This document shows, one piece after another, positions 55,506-64,000 of a stretch of 64,000 bases of DNA. Position 1 is the stretch's first letter. Each line of letters begins with the position of its first letter. Origin of the DNA: an uncultured cyanobacterium (GTDB taxonomy: Bacteria; Cyanobacteriota; Cyanobacteriia; Cyanobacteriales; CAWUOF01); NCBI GenBank assembly GCA_963744145.1, contig CAVUSO010000001.1:7552001-7616000 (forward strand). The letters are read 5' to 3'. The notes below the pieces were generated by a model that had not been told where the DNA came from, made no database searches, and saw only the letters and a list, made by a program, of their open reading frames with translations. Both the position numbers and the translations under genes were made by a program.

Positions 55506-58500
55506 TTAATGAGTTGAGCCGATCGCTTGCAGCGCAGCGGAAAAACCCGCAGAATTAAGAGCAGCAACAGCACTGTGGGGATTTTGGACCCAAGCATGAT
55601 GTCCCAGTAGCACTAATTGTAACTGTTCTTGAGCTGTGAGTAATCCGATCGCGGCTATTTTCGGTTGATCTTGATCACCGGAATATTCTTGTAAAATTGC
55701 GCGTAGATGCTGCAACTTGGCTTCATTTTGGACAAGTTCGGGAGTCAATTTAATCATGACTACCTGATCAGATTCCCACCATTGAGTTGATGGTTTGGAT
55801 GGTAATAATTCTGGCTCAGGAGATATTTCTGGATCATTTGATTCCGGTAAAATTTGATTATTGTCAATCACTTGGACTTGCTCAACTATAATTTGAGTTT
55901 GTTCATCCCGTTTATGATCAATTTTACCACTTATCAGTACCGGTGCATCAGTGACTAAAAATGCGTTAACTTGTTCATAATTTTTGGGGAAAACTACTGC
56001 TTCTGCTTTCCCACTCAGGTCCTCTATTTGCAAAATAGCCATGCGATCGCCTTTCTTAGTAGTTACTGGTTTAATATCCACAATCATCACAATGACATTT
56101 ATTTTCCCCCGTTGTTCTGCCAAATCGCTCACACTAATTGGTACTGGATCAAAATTTGCCGCGATTTTCTGCAAAGATTTCAGTGGATGATCAGATACAT
56201 AAAAACCTAACATATCTTTCTCAAACTGCAATTTTTCTCGCGGGATAAAATCTTTTACATCTGGTGCTTTTGGAGCCGAATCAAAATTGTTTGTCTTTGA
56301 TTCACTGGGTAGATCAAATAAACTATACTGACCGCTAGAGCGATCTTTAGCTTGTTTTTGTGCCCAAGGTACTAACAGCTCAATATGTTTAATTAATTGC
56401 TGTCGATTCGGATTTAGACGATCCAAAGCTCCACATTTAATTAGAGATTCCATTGCCCGACTATTAACACTGCGTAAATCGATCCGTTCACATAAATCCT
56501 TTACCGATTGGAAAGGTCCTTTTTCATTCCGAGCTGCTAAAATATTTTCAATTGCACCCTCCCCCACATTTCTCACCGCAGATAATCCAAATAAAATCTT
56601 TCCTTCGATCGGGGTAAATTCTACTCCTGAACGATTAATATCCGGTCCTTCTACCTCAATCCCCATTCCCTGACAATTAGTAATATATTTTTGGACCTTA
56701 TCCTGATCTCCACTATTAGCTGTCAGGAGAGCAGCCATATATTCAACTTTATAATTTGCTTTTAAATAAGCAGTTTGATAAGTTACATAAGCATAAGCAG
56801 TTGAGTGGGATTTATTAAAACAATATTCAGCAAACTTAACCATCTGGTCAAACAAATTATCAGCAATTTTTTGTTTCACACCTCGTTTAGTTGCACCATC
56901 AATAAAAGTTTCCCGTTGTTTCTGCATTTCATCAGCTTTTTTCTTCCCCATTGCCCGACGTAATAAATCTGCTTGACCTAAAGAATAACCAGCTAAATCT
57001 TGAGCTACTCTCATAATTTGCTCTTGATAGACAAGTACAGCATAAGTTTCTTGGAGAATTGGTTCTAACAATTCGTGATCATATTTAATTTCTTCTTTAC
57101 CATGTTTACGGTCAATAAATTTAGGAATTAGACCCGCATCTAAAGGTCCTGGACGATAAAGTGCCAAAATTGAGGAAATATCTTCAATACTAGATGGTTT
57201 CAAATCTCTGACAATTTGACGCATTCCCGAAGATTCTAATTGAAACACTCCTTCTAAATCACCTTTTTCTAACAACTTATAGGTCTTTTCAATATCTTGA
57301 GGAAATTTTTTTGTGCGCGGAAATCTTTCTTGAGCTTTTCTTTCATCAGCTGGTAATTCATAGGGATCGAGGGTAGTACCTGTAGTTTGTTTAATATACT
57401 CTAAAGTTTTCTGAATCATCGTCAGATTTCTTAACCCCAGAAAATCCATCTTTAATAAACCTAGTGATTCTAGGTCTTCCATGAAATACTGAGTAATTAC
57501 TGCACCATCATTATTTTTTTGGAGCGGAACAATTTCATCTAAAGGTTGAGAAGAAATTACAATCCCAGCAGCATGAACCCCAAAAGTTTTATTAGTACCT
57601 TCAATCCGAATTGCCATATCTAACCACTGTCGGACTGAGATTTTTCTCACTTCTCCAGTTTCGTGAGGATTAAGGGTAATGTCGTCATTTTCGTAGGCTT
57701 TTTTAAAATCTGGTTCCGGAGTTTCATCTGAAATCATGACTGACAATTTCTCCGGTTTTCCCCGCGATACAGGAATTAATTTAGCCATCTTATCCGCATC
57801 TCCGTAGGGAATATCTAATACTCGTGCTACATCTTTTAAGACTGCTTTCGATGTCATGCGGTTAAAAGTAATAATTTGTGCTACTTTATCAGCTCCATAT
57901 TTGTCGGTGACATATTTAATTACATCATCCCGTTTCTCGATACAGAAATCTGTATCAATATCGGGCATAGATTTACGTTCTGGGTTTAAAAATCGCTCAA
58001 ATAAAAGTCCATGATGGACGGGATCAATATTAGTAATTTTTAAAACATAAGCAACTAAAGAACCTGCTGCTGATCCCCGTCCTGGTCCGACTGGAATATG
58101 ATGATCTCTGGCATATTTGATGTAGTCCCAAACTACTAAAAAGTAAGTAGAAAACCCCATTTGCTGAATCATTTTTAATTCATATTCTAACCTTTCTTTA
58201 TAGACAGGTTTAATTTCCTGATTTGATTTTACCCCTAATCTTTCCCGTAATCCTTGCCAAGCAATTTCTTCTACATAAGTATCGGCTGTATGATTACCAG
58301 GAACTTTATATTCAGGTAGACGTGGTTCATTAAACAGATTATAGGGTTGGACTTTTTCTGCTACTTCGAGAGTATTCGCGATCGCTTCTTGAATCACATC
58401 ATCTGGTAAATGATCGCGAAATAGCTGTGCCATTTCTTCAGCAGATTTGAGATATTCTGTACCACTATAGCGGAGTCGTTTTTCTTCAGTAATGATTTTT

Positions 58501-59168
58501 CCCGTATTAATACATAATAAGGCATCATGGGCTTCTACATCATAACAGGAGATATAATGGGAATCATTAGTCGCGACAATTTTAATGCCGAGTTCCCGCG
58601 CAATTTTGACAATTTCGACATTAACAATTCGGTCTTCCCGAGAACCATGATCTTGGATTTCTAAATAATAATCATCCCCAAATATGGTTTGATATTCCTG
58701 TGCTATTTTCCGAGCCAGATCAAGTTTACCTTGAAGAATTGCTTGAGGAACTTCTCCACCTAAACAAGCACTGGTAACAATTAATCCTTCTCGATATTGT
58801 TTTAATAGTTCTTTATTAATACAAGGTCGAATTTGATAGCCTTTTAAATGAGAAATTGTGGTAAGTTTAACTAAATTTTTATAACCTTCAGTATTTTTAG
58901 CCAAAACAATTTGATGATATCTTTTGCGACCACGTTCTTTTTTTTCAATATCACCATTGACTACATACATTTCATTCCCGATAATCGGTTTAACACCTTT
59001 ACCACGACAAACTTTAATTAATTCGATCGCACCATACATCACACCATGATCCGTAATTGCGATCGCTTTCATCCCTAACTCTACAGCCCGATCAATTAAC
59101 TGGGGAAGTTGGGAAGCACCGTCAAGCAGACTATAGTCACTGTGAATATGTAAGCCAACAAAAGACAT
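55506..59168 (-). CDS. dnaE: DNA polymerase III alpha subunit, contiguous and intein-free
   Basis: [15 protein letters not shown] domain, [29 protein letters not shown] fold. Confidence 0.97.
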   Translation of the reverse strand: MSFVGLHIHSDYSLLDGASQLPQLIDRAVELGMKAIAITDHGVMYGAIELIKVCRGKGVKPIIGNEMYVVNGDIEKKERGRKRYHQIVLAKNTEGYKNLVKLTTISHLKGYQIRPCINKELLKQYREGLIVTSACLGGEVPQAILQGKLDLARKIAQEYQTIFGDDYYLEIQDHGSREDRIVNVEIVKIARELGIKIVATNDSHYISCYDVEAHDALLCINTGKIITEEKRLRYSGTEYLKSAEEMAQLFRDHLPDDVIQEAIANTLEVAEKVQPYNLFNEPRLPEYKVPGNHTADTYVEEIAWQGLRERLGVKSNQEIKPVYKERLEYELKMIQQMGFSTYFLVVWDYIKYARDHHIPVGPGRGSAAGSLVAYVLKITNIDPVHHGLLFERFLNPERKSMPDIDTDFCIEKRDDVIKYVTDKYGADKVAQIITFNRMTSKAVLKDVARVLDIPYGDADKMAKLIPVSRGKPEKLSVMISDETPEPDFKKAYENDDITLNPHETGEVRKISVRQWLDMAIRIEGTNKTFGVHAAGIVISSQPLDEIVPLQKNNDGAVITQYFMEDLESLGLLKMDFLGLRNLTMIQKTLEYIKQTTGTTLDPYELPADERKAQERFPRTKKFPQDIEKTYKLLEKGDLEGVFQLESSGMRQIVRDLKPSSIEDISSILALYRPGPLDAGLIPKFIDRKHGKEEIKYDHELLEPILQETYAVLVYQEQIMRVAQDLAGYSLGQADLLRRAMGKKKADEMQKQRETFIDGATKRGVKQKIADNLFDQMVKFAEYCFNKSHSTAYAYVTYQTAYLKANYKVEYMAALLTANSGDQDKVQKYITNCQGMGIEVEGPDINRSGVEFTPIEGKILFGLSAVRNVGEGAIENILAARNEKGPFQSVKDLCERIDLRSVNSRAMESLIKCGALDRLNPNRQQLIKHIELLVPWAQKQAKDRSSGQYSLFDLPSESKTNNFDSAPKAPDVKDFIPREKLQFEKDMLGFYVSDHPLKSLQKIAANFDPVPISVSDLAEQRGKINVIVMIVDIKPVTTKKGDRMAILQIEDLSGKAEAVVFPKNYEQVNAFLVTDAPVLISGKIDHKRDEQTQIIVEQVQVIDNNQILPESNDPEISPEPELLPSKPSTQWWESDQVVMIKLTPELVQNEAKLQHLRAILQEYSGDQDQPKIAAIGLLTAQEQLQLVLLGHHAWVQNPHSAVAALNSAGFSAALQAIGSTH

Positions 59169-59238
59169 AATTAGCCATCAATAATAAATGGAAAAAATGT
59201 CAGGGTGTATAATCTACACCCCGACCATAACACTTGGT

Positions 59239-60696
59239 TTAAAGAGTTGGTTTTTGCAAATGCCAATCTGTAGATTGTTCATAAGCATGAGCCACTTCCA
59301 ACAGGAGTTTTTCCTGTAACACATTACCAATTAACTGCATTCCAATCGGTAACCCATGATCATCAAAACCACAGGGTACACTGATTCCTGGTAAACCAGC
59401 TAGATTGACCGGAATAGTCATCAAGTCAGATAAATACATACTCAATGGGTCAGCAGTTTTTTCTCCAGCTTTAAAAGCAGTCGTCGGAGCAGTGGGAGAT
59501 ACTAACACATCCACTTGAGCAAAAGCCCGATCGAAATCTTCTTTAATTAGAGTACGGACTTTTTGAGCTTTCAGATAATAAGCATCATAATAACCAGCCG
59601 ATAGTGCGTAAGTGCCGATCATAATCCGACGCTTAACTTCTGGACCAAAACCTTTAGCCCGAGTTTCTCCATACATCTCCAAGAGATTATCAGCATCAGC
59701 AGCTCTAAACCCATATTTAACTCCATCATAGCGAGCTAAATTAGCAGAAGCTTCTGAAGGGGCAATAATATAATAAGTCGGTAAACCGTAGCAGAATAGG
59801 GGACAGGAAACTACTTGAATTTCGGCTCCTAGCTGCTGGAAGACCTCGACTGCTTTAGTTACAGCTTTTTCGACCACAGAATCTAACCCAGAGCCAAAAG
59901 TTTCTTTAATCACTCCAATTCTTAACTGACCTCTTGGTCTTAAATTTGGTTTAAGGGATTGGGAGTAATCGGGGATTTTTACATCTAGACTGGTCGAGTC
60001 TTTGGGATCATAACCAGCGATCGCACCTAATAAAATCGCTGCATCATCGACTGATCGACCAAACGGGCCAATTTGATCTAAGGAAGAAGCATAAGCTACT
60101 AATCCATAACGAGAAACTAAACCATAAGTAGGTTTCATTCCCACTACCCCACAGAAGGACGCGGGTTGACGGATTGAGCCACCTGTATCTGATCCTAACG
60201 CAATCTGACACTCACCTGCGGCTACTGCCGCGGCTGAACCACCAGAAGAACCACCGGGCACCCGCGCTAAATCCCAAGGATTAGCAGTTAATTGGTAAGC
60301 GGAAGTTTCGGTGGAACTACCCATCGCAAACTCATCCATATTGGTTTTACCGATCATCACTGCTCCAGCAAGAGCAAGTTTTTGGGTGACGGTAGACTCG
60401 TAGGGGGGCACAAAATTTTCTAAAATACGGGAACCACAAGTGGTGGAAATTCCCTGGGTACACATATTGTCTTTAATCGCGATCGGAATGCCCGCTAATA
60501 ACCCAATTTCTTCTCCAGCAGCAATTTTAGCATCGACTGCACGGGCCTGTTCTAGGGCTCGATCAGCTGTTACACATAAGAAACTACGTAATTTTGGCTC
60601 TAATCGCTGAACACGTTCTAATGCTTCTTGAGTGATGTCTACTGCGGAACGTTCTTTACGGATGAGTTGTTTATGCAACTCGCGAATGGATGCCAT
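59239..60696 (-). CDS. gatA: Asp/Glu-tRNA amidotransferase subunit A
   Basis: [47 protein letters not shown]. Confidence 0.97.
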   Translation of the reverse strand: MASIRELHKQLIRKERSAVDITQEALERVQRLEPKLRSFLCVTADRALEQARAVDAKIAAGEEIGLLAGIPIAIKDNMCTQGISTTCGSRILENFVPPYESTVTQKLALAGAVMIGKTNMDEFAMGSSTETSAYQLTANPWDLARVPGGSSGGSAAAVAAGECQIALGSDTGGSIRQPASFCGVVGMKPTYGLVSRYGLVAYASSLDQIGPFGRSVDDAAILLGAIAGYDPKDSTSLDVKIPDYSQSLKPNLRPRGQLRIGVIKETFGSGLDSVVEKAVTKAVEVFQQLGAEIQVVSCPLFCYGLPTYYIIAPSEASANLARYDGVKYGFRAADADNLLEMYGETRAKGFGPEVKRRIMIGTYALSAGYYDAYYLKAQKVRTLIKEDFDRAFAQVDVLVSPTAPTTAFKAGEKTADPLSMYLSDLMTIPVNLAGLPGISVPCGFDDHGLPIGMQLIGNVLQEKLLLEVAHAYEQSTDWHLQKPTL

Positions 60697-60899
60697 GTTT
60701 TTACCTTCCTTAATTCAACTTTCCGACCCACTAGAATCAACCAACACATAAGTTTAATTTAGACTGCTGTTTGGAGAAGATTCCACCAAGGGAATTGTAA
60801 CAGGCACAAACAACAGTGTATGATAAATATGTGCAAGCATACTTTTGGTAATATGTCTATATATTAGTTGTAGTTATTATGCTGATGCTCAGATCATCG

Positions 60900-61024
60900 A
60901 CCTAACCCCCCAACCCCCTTCCCTAGGAGGGCAGGGGGAGTAATTAAGATGATTAAATTGATGGGAGTGAATCAGACTCATTCTTGCTCCCCTTTCCTCT
61001 GGGTCGAGGGGTTGGGGGAGAGGT
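60900..61024. repeat. Second copy of the C/G-rich REPIN-like doublet
   Basis: CCTAACCCCCAACCCCTTCCC...GAGTAATTAAGATGA...GCTCCCCT...GGGGTTGGGGGAGAGG. Confidence 0.75.
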
Positions 61025-61112
61025 GTTCTTAAGCCATGAAACAGCCCTGCTCTTTTTAAGGGGGCAATTCTATGCACCCTCATTAAAAATTGGGATAACC
61101 TGCTTAAGCTAA

Positions 61113-61408
61113 TCAAAGCAATGTATTTGGATCAATACCCAACTCGCGCAGTTTGGCTGCTAGTCTTTCAGCTTGCTGTTGGGCTTCAGTTGCTTGTCGT
61201 TGGGCTTCAGTTGCTTGCAGTTTGGCTGCCCACTACTCCAAACCCATCGGGGCGCTTATGCCAGTTCGGGTGGTTAATATCATAGTAAAGATAGAGATCG
61301 ATTGGATCTTCGCGCTTGTAAATCATACATGGTCGGCAAGTTCTGCGGCGATAATAGTGGTAGATCAAAGTTCGGTGGTAAGCGAGTAGGATTATTCATA
61401 TTAAACAT
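61113..61408 (-). pseudogene. Internally deleted Uma2-family pseudogene
   Basis: Fragments LPTMYDL, LYYDINHPNWHKRPD and AERLAAKLRELGIDP separated by deletions and frameshifts. Confidence 0.75.
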
Positions 61409-61635
61409 CCAGTCAGGTTTTGACTATAATTTTAACTATTTTTATCACTCTTTTGGTCGCGATCGCTGGAGATCAAATTACTCCAGCAATAGTAAAGATC
61501 CCGATTAGCGATCGCTATATTAATTAATATTCCGATCGAGCGATCGCGATCGACCCAGTTAACAGCAAGTCTATCCTAACTCATAGCTGATAATTTTCAA
61601 GTTATAATGACTATGACATCAGCCATCAAAAACTC

Positions 61636-62514
61636 ATGTTTCCCTTTCAATATCCAGTTCCTCAACAAGATCCTCCGGCTCCCCCGCGAGAAACCCTCCC
61701 TACCATGTATGATCTACCTAGTGAAAACCCGGAGGAACCTGGTTTGCCCGATGAATTTCATGATTGGCAACCTCAATTTTTAAGTCAGACCTTTCGCCCG
61801 ACTAAATACCCCAGTTCCCAAGTATTTAGTGCCAGCGATATGAATCTTTACTATGATGTGCGTCATCCCCTCTGGTACAAACGACCCGATTGGTTTGGAG
61901 TAGTAGGTGTGTCGCGCTTTTATGATGAAGTTGATTTGCGTCTTTCTTATGTAGTGTGGCAAGAAGGAGTCAATCCCTTAGTAGTGGTAGAATTACTCTC
62001 ACCAGGAACAGAACAGGAAGATTTAGGTGAGGGAAATCGAAAAGATGAATTGGTAGCAGGGAATGGCAAAGACATAGACAGAAAACAGAAACCACCGAGG
62101 AAGTGGGAAGTGTATGAGCAAATCTTACGCATTCCTTACTATTTTGCCTTCAACCGTTATACCAATGAACTGAGAGCATTTCGATTAATCGGGGGGCATT
62201 ATCAGGAATGGGAGCTAGAAACCCAGGGTGGATGGATTGAGGAATTAGGGTTAGGATTAGGTGGATGGCAAGGTGAGTATCAAGGTTTAGAGCGATTATG
62301 GCTACGCTGGTATGATCAAAATGGTAATTGGATTCTGACGGAAACTGAACAAGAACGTCTGAGAGCCGAACAAGAACAACTTCGGGCCCAACAAGAACAA
62401 CTTCGGGCCCAACAAGAACGTCTGAGAGCCGAACAAGCCGAATCAAAGTTAGCCGAGTTGCTCCAACGATTGCAGGAGTCAGGAATTGATCCTAATCAGT
62501 TTTTGCCTGGTTAG
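61636..62514 (+). CDS. Uma2-family endonuclease with coiled-coil tail (copy 1)
   Basis: LPTMYDLPSE, RPDWFGV, VVELLSPGT, KWEVYEQILRIPYY, heptad EQERLRA repeats. Confidence 0.88.
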   Translation: MFPFQYPVPQQDPPAPPRETLPTMYDLPSENPEEPGLPDEFHDWQPQFLSQTFRPTKYPSSQVFSASDMNLYYDVRHPLWYKRPDWFGVVGVSRFYDEVDLRLSYVVWQEGVNPLVVVELLSPGTEQEDLGEGNRKDELVAGNGKDIDRKQKPPRKWEVYEQILRIPYYFAFNRYTNELRAFRLIGGHYQEWELETQGGWIEELGLGLGGWQGEYQGLERLWLRWYDQNGNWILTETEQERLRAEQEQLRAQQEQLRAQQERLRAEQAESKLAELLQRLQESGIDPNQFLPG

Positions 62515-62680
62515 TTAATCCTAACTGTTAGCGCGATCGCTTCCATCAAACTAATGAGAGCGATCAGAAAAATCCCAATTAGCGATCGCTATATTAATTA
62601 ATATTCCGATCGAGCGATCGCGATCGACCCAGTTAACAGCAAGTCTATCCTAACTCATAGCTGATAATTTTCAAGTTATA

Positions 62681-63583
62681 ATGACCATGACATCAGCGAT
62701 CAGCGAACTTATGTTTCCCTTTCCCTATCCAGTTCCCCAACAAGATCCTCCGGCTCCCCCGCGAGAAACGCTCCCTACCATGTATGATCTACCTAGTGAA
62801 AACCCGGAGGAACCTGGTTTGCCCGATGAATTTCATGATTGGCAACCTCAATTTTTAAGTCAGACCTTTCGCCCGACTAAATACCCCAGTTCCCAAGTAT
62901 TTAGTGCCAGCGATATGAATCTTTACTATGATGTGCGTCATCCCCTCTGGTACAAACGACCCGATTGGTTTGGAGTAGTAGGTGTGTCGCGCTTTTATGA
63001 TGAAGTTGATTTGCGTCTTTCTTATGTAGTGTGGCAAGAAGGAGTCAATCCCTTAGTAGTGGTAGAATTACTCTCACCAGGAACAGAACAGGAAGATTTA
63101 GGTGAGGGTAATTTAGATCAATTGTCTCGAAAAAATGAATTGGTAGCAGGGAATGGCAAAGACATAGACAGAAAACAGAAACCACCGAGGAAGTGGGAAG
63201 TGTATGAGCAAATCTTACGCATTCCTTACTATTTTGCCTTCAACCGTTATACCAATGAACTGAGAGCATTTCGATTAATCGGGGGGCATTATCAGGGGTG
63301 GGAGCTAGAAACCCAGGGTGGATGGATTGAGGAATTAGGGTTAGGATTAGGTGGATGGCAAGGTGAGTATCAAGGGTTAGAGCGATTATGGCTACGCTGG
63401 TATGATGAAAATGGTAATTGGATTCTGACGGAAACTGAACAAGAACGTCTGAGAACCCAACAAGAACAACAGCGTGCTGAACAAGAACGTATCAGGATCG
63501 AACAAGCCGAATCAAAGTTAGCCGAGTTGCTTCAACGATTGCAGGAGTCAGGAATTGATCCTAATCAGTTTTTGCCTGGTTAG
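62681..63583 (+). CDS. Uma2-family endonuclease with coiled-coil tail (copy 2)
   Basis: Near-identical to copy 1. Confidence 0.88.
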   Translation: MTMTSAISELMFPFPYPVPQQDPPAPPRETLPTMYDLPSENPEEPGLPDEFHDWQPQFLSQTFRPTKYPSSQVFSASDMNLYYDVRHPLWYKRPDWFGVVGVSRFYDEVDLRLSYVVWQEGVNPLVVVELLSPGTEQEDLGEGNLDQLSRKNELVAGNGKDIDRKQKPPRKWEVYEQILRIPYYFAFNRYTNELRAFRLIGGHYQGWELETQGGWIEELGLGLGGWQGEYQGLERLWLRWYDENGNWILTETEQERLRTQQEQQRAEQERIRIEQAESKLAELLQRLQESGIDPNQFLPG

Positions 63584-63745
63584 TTCATCTGGTCTAACAA
63601 TCAGTAATTTTGGGGCGATCGTAATTTGCTCGCTCCTGATGCGATCGACCGAAATTAACGTTTCGCCTTCTCGATTTGATGGTTAGAAATAATCAACCTG
63701 GTTTTCTATTAGTCTTCCCAACGAGTATTTGAGGTTGATCAACTT

Positions 63746-64000
63746 TTATAGTATGTATATGCCTGATTCAGCATCATCCCCAGGTAGAATTTCACGACGG
63801 TTTTTAATACCTTTACTTTCGCACAAATCTGCAAAAGATTCTAAACTCTCTAATCTTGCTGAAAGTTCACTCAATCCATCTAAATATTCAGCTACAGCAA
63901 TTTGGCGATCGGTCCATGATTGATCAAATTTAGTAGAACTATAGGACATTTCAAACTCTACATCAACATTAGTTTTTTTGGCTTTGATTTGGTCAGGAGA
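63746..64000 (-). CDS. 3' end of a CDS running off the window; unknown product
   Basis: Frame is open from 64000 (SPDQIKAKKTNVDDVEFEMSYS...) to the stop at 63746. Confidence 0.55.
   Translation of the reverse strand, partial: SPDQIKAKKTNVDVEFEMSYSSTKFDQSWTDRQIAVAEYLDGLSELSARLESLESFADLCESKGIKNRREILPGDDAESGIYIL

Noticed and set aside
60889..61508. ORFs 60889..61116, 61153..61389 and 61302..61508
   Set aside because: Derived from the REPIN-like repeat or antisense to the Uma2 pseudogene
61636..63583. Diversity-generating retroelement TR/VR pair
   Set aside because: Differences are not adenine-specific, the whole gene is duplicated, and there is no reverse transcriptase in the window

Overview
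Chromosomal window from a cyanobacterium. The HIP1 octamer GCGATCGC is very dense, and gene content and repeat style suggest a filamentous Oscillatoriales-like lineage (inference). Most of it is housekeeping: corA, CIRCE-controlled groEL2, feoAB with a Fur-like box, sufR with divergent sufBCDS (sufC frameshifted), a SufR paralog, iscA/sufA, an N-II-type amino-acid ABC transporter, trmB, a protein O-mannosyltransferase, trpD, carA, a STAS protein, mini-RNase III, rlmB, dnaE, gatA and several Uma2 nucleases. I found no rRNA, tRNA, CRISPR array, intact transposase or recognisable defence island. The most unusual signals are: (1) a layered system of non-autonomous repeats, in which GTAG-led REP-like hairpins sit inside MITEs with 17-bp TIRs and exact 10-bp target duplications, are amplified into 5x165-bp and 7x124-bp arrays of the same polarity, and carry 23-24-nt micro-insertions; (2) a contiguous, intein-free dnaE; (3) a STAS gene that appears to need an ATT start; (4) a TetR module with two operator-in-promoter sites, a decayed GST gene and a decapitated M50 protease neighbour. 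All calls come from reading the sequence; no searches were run.
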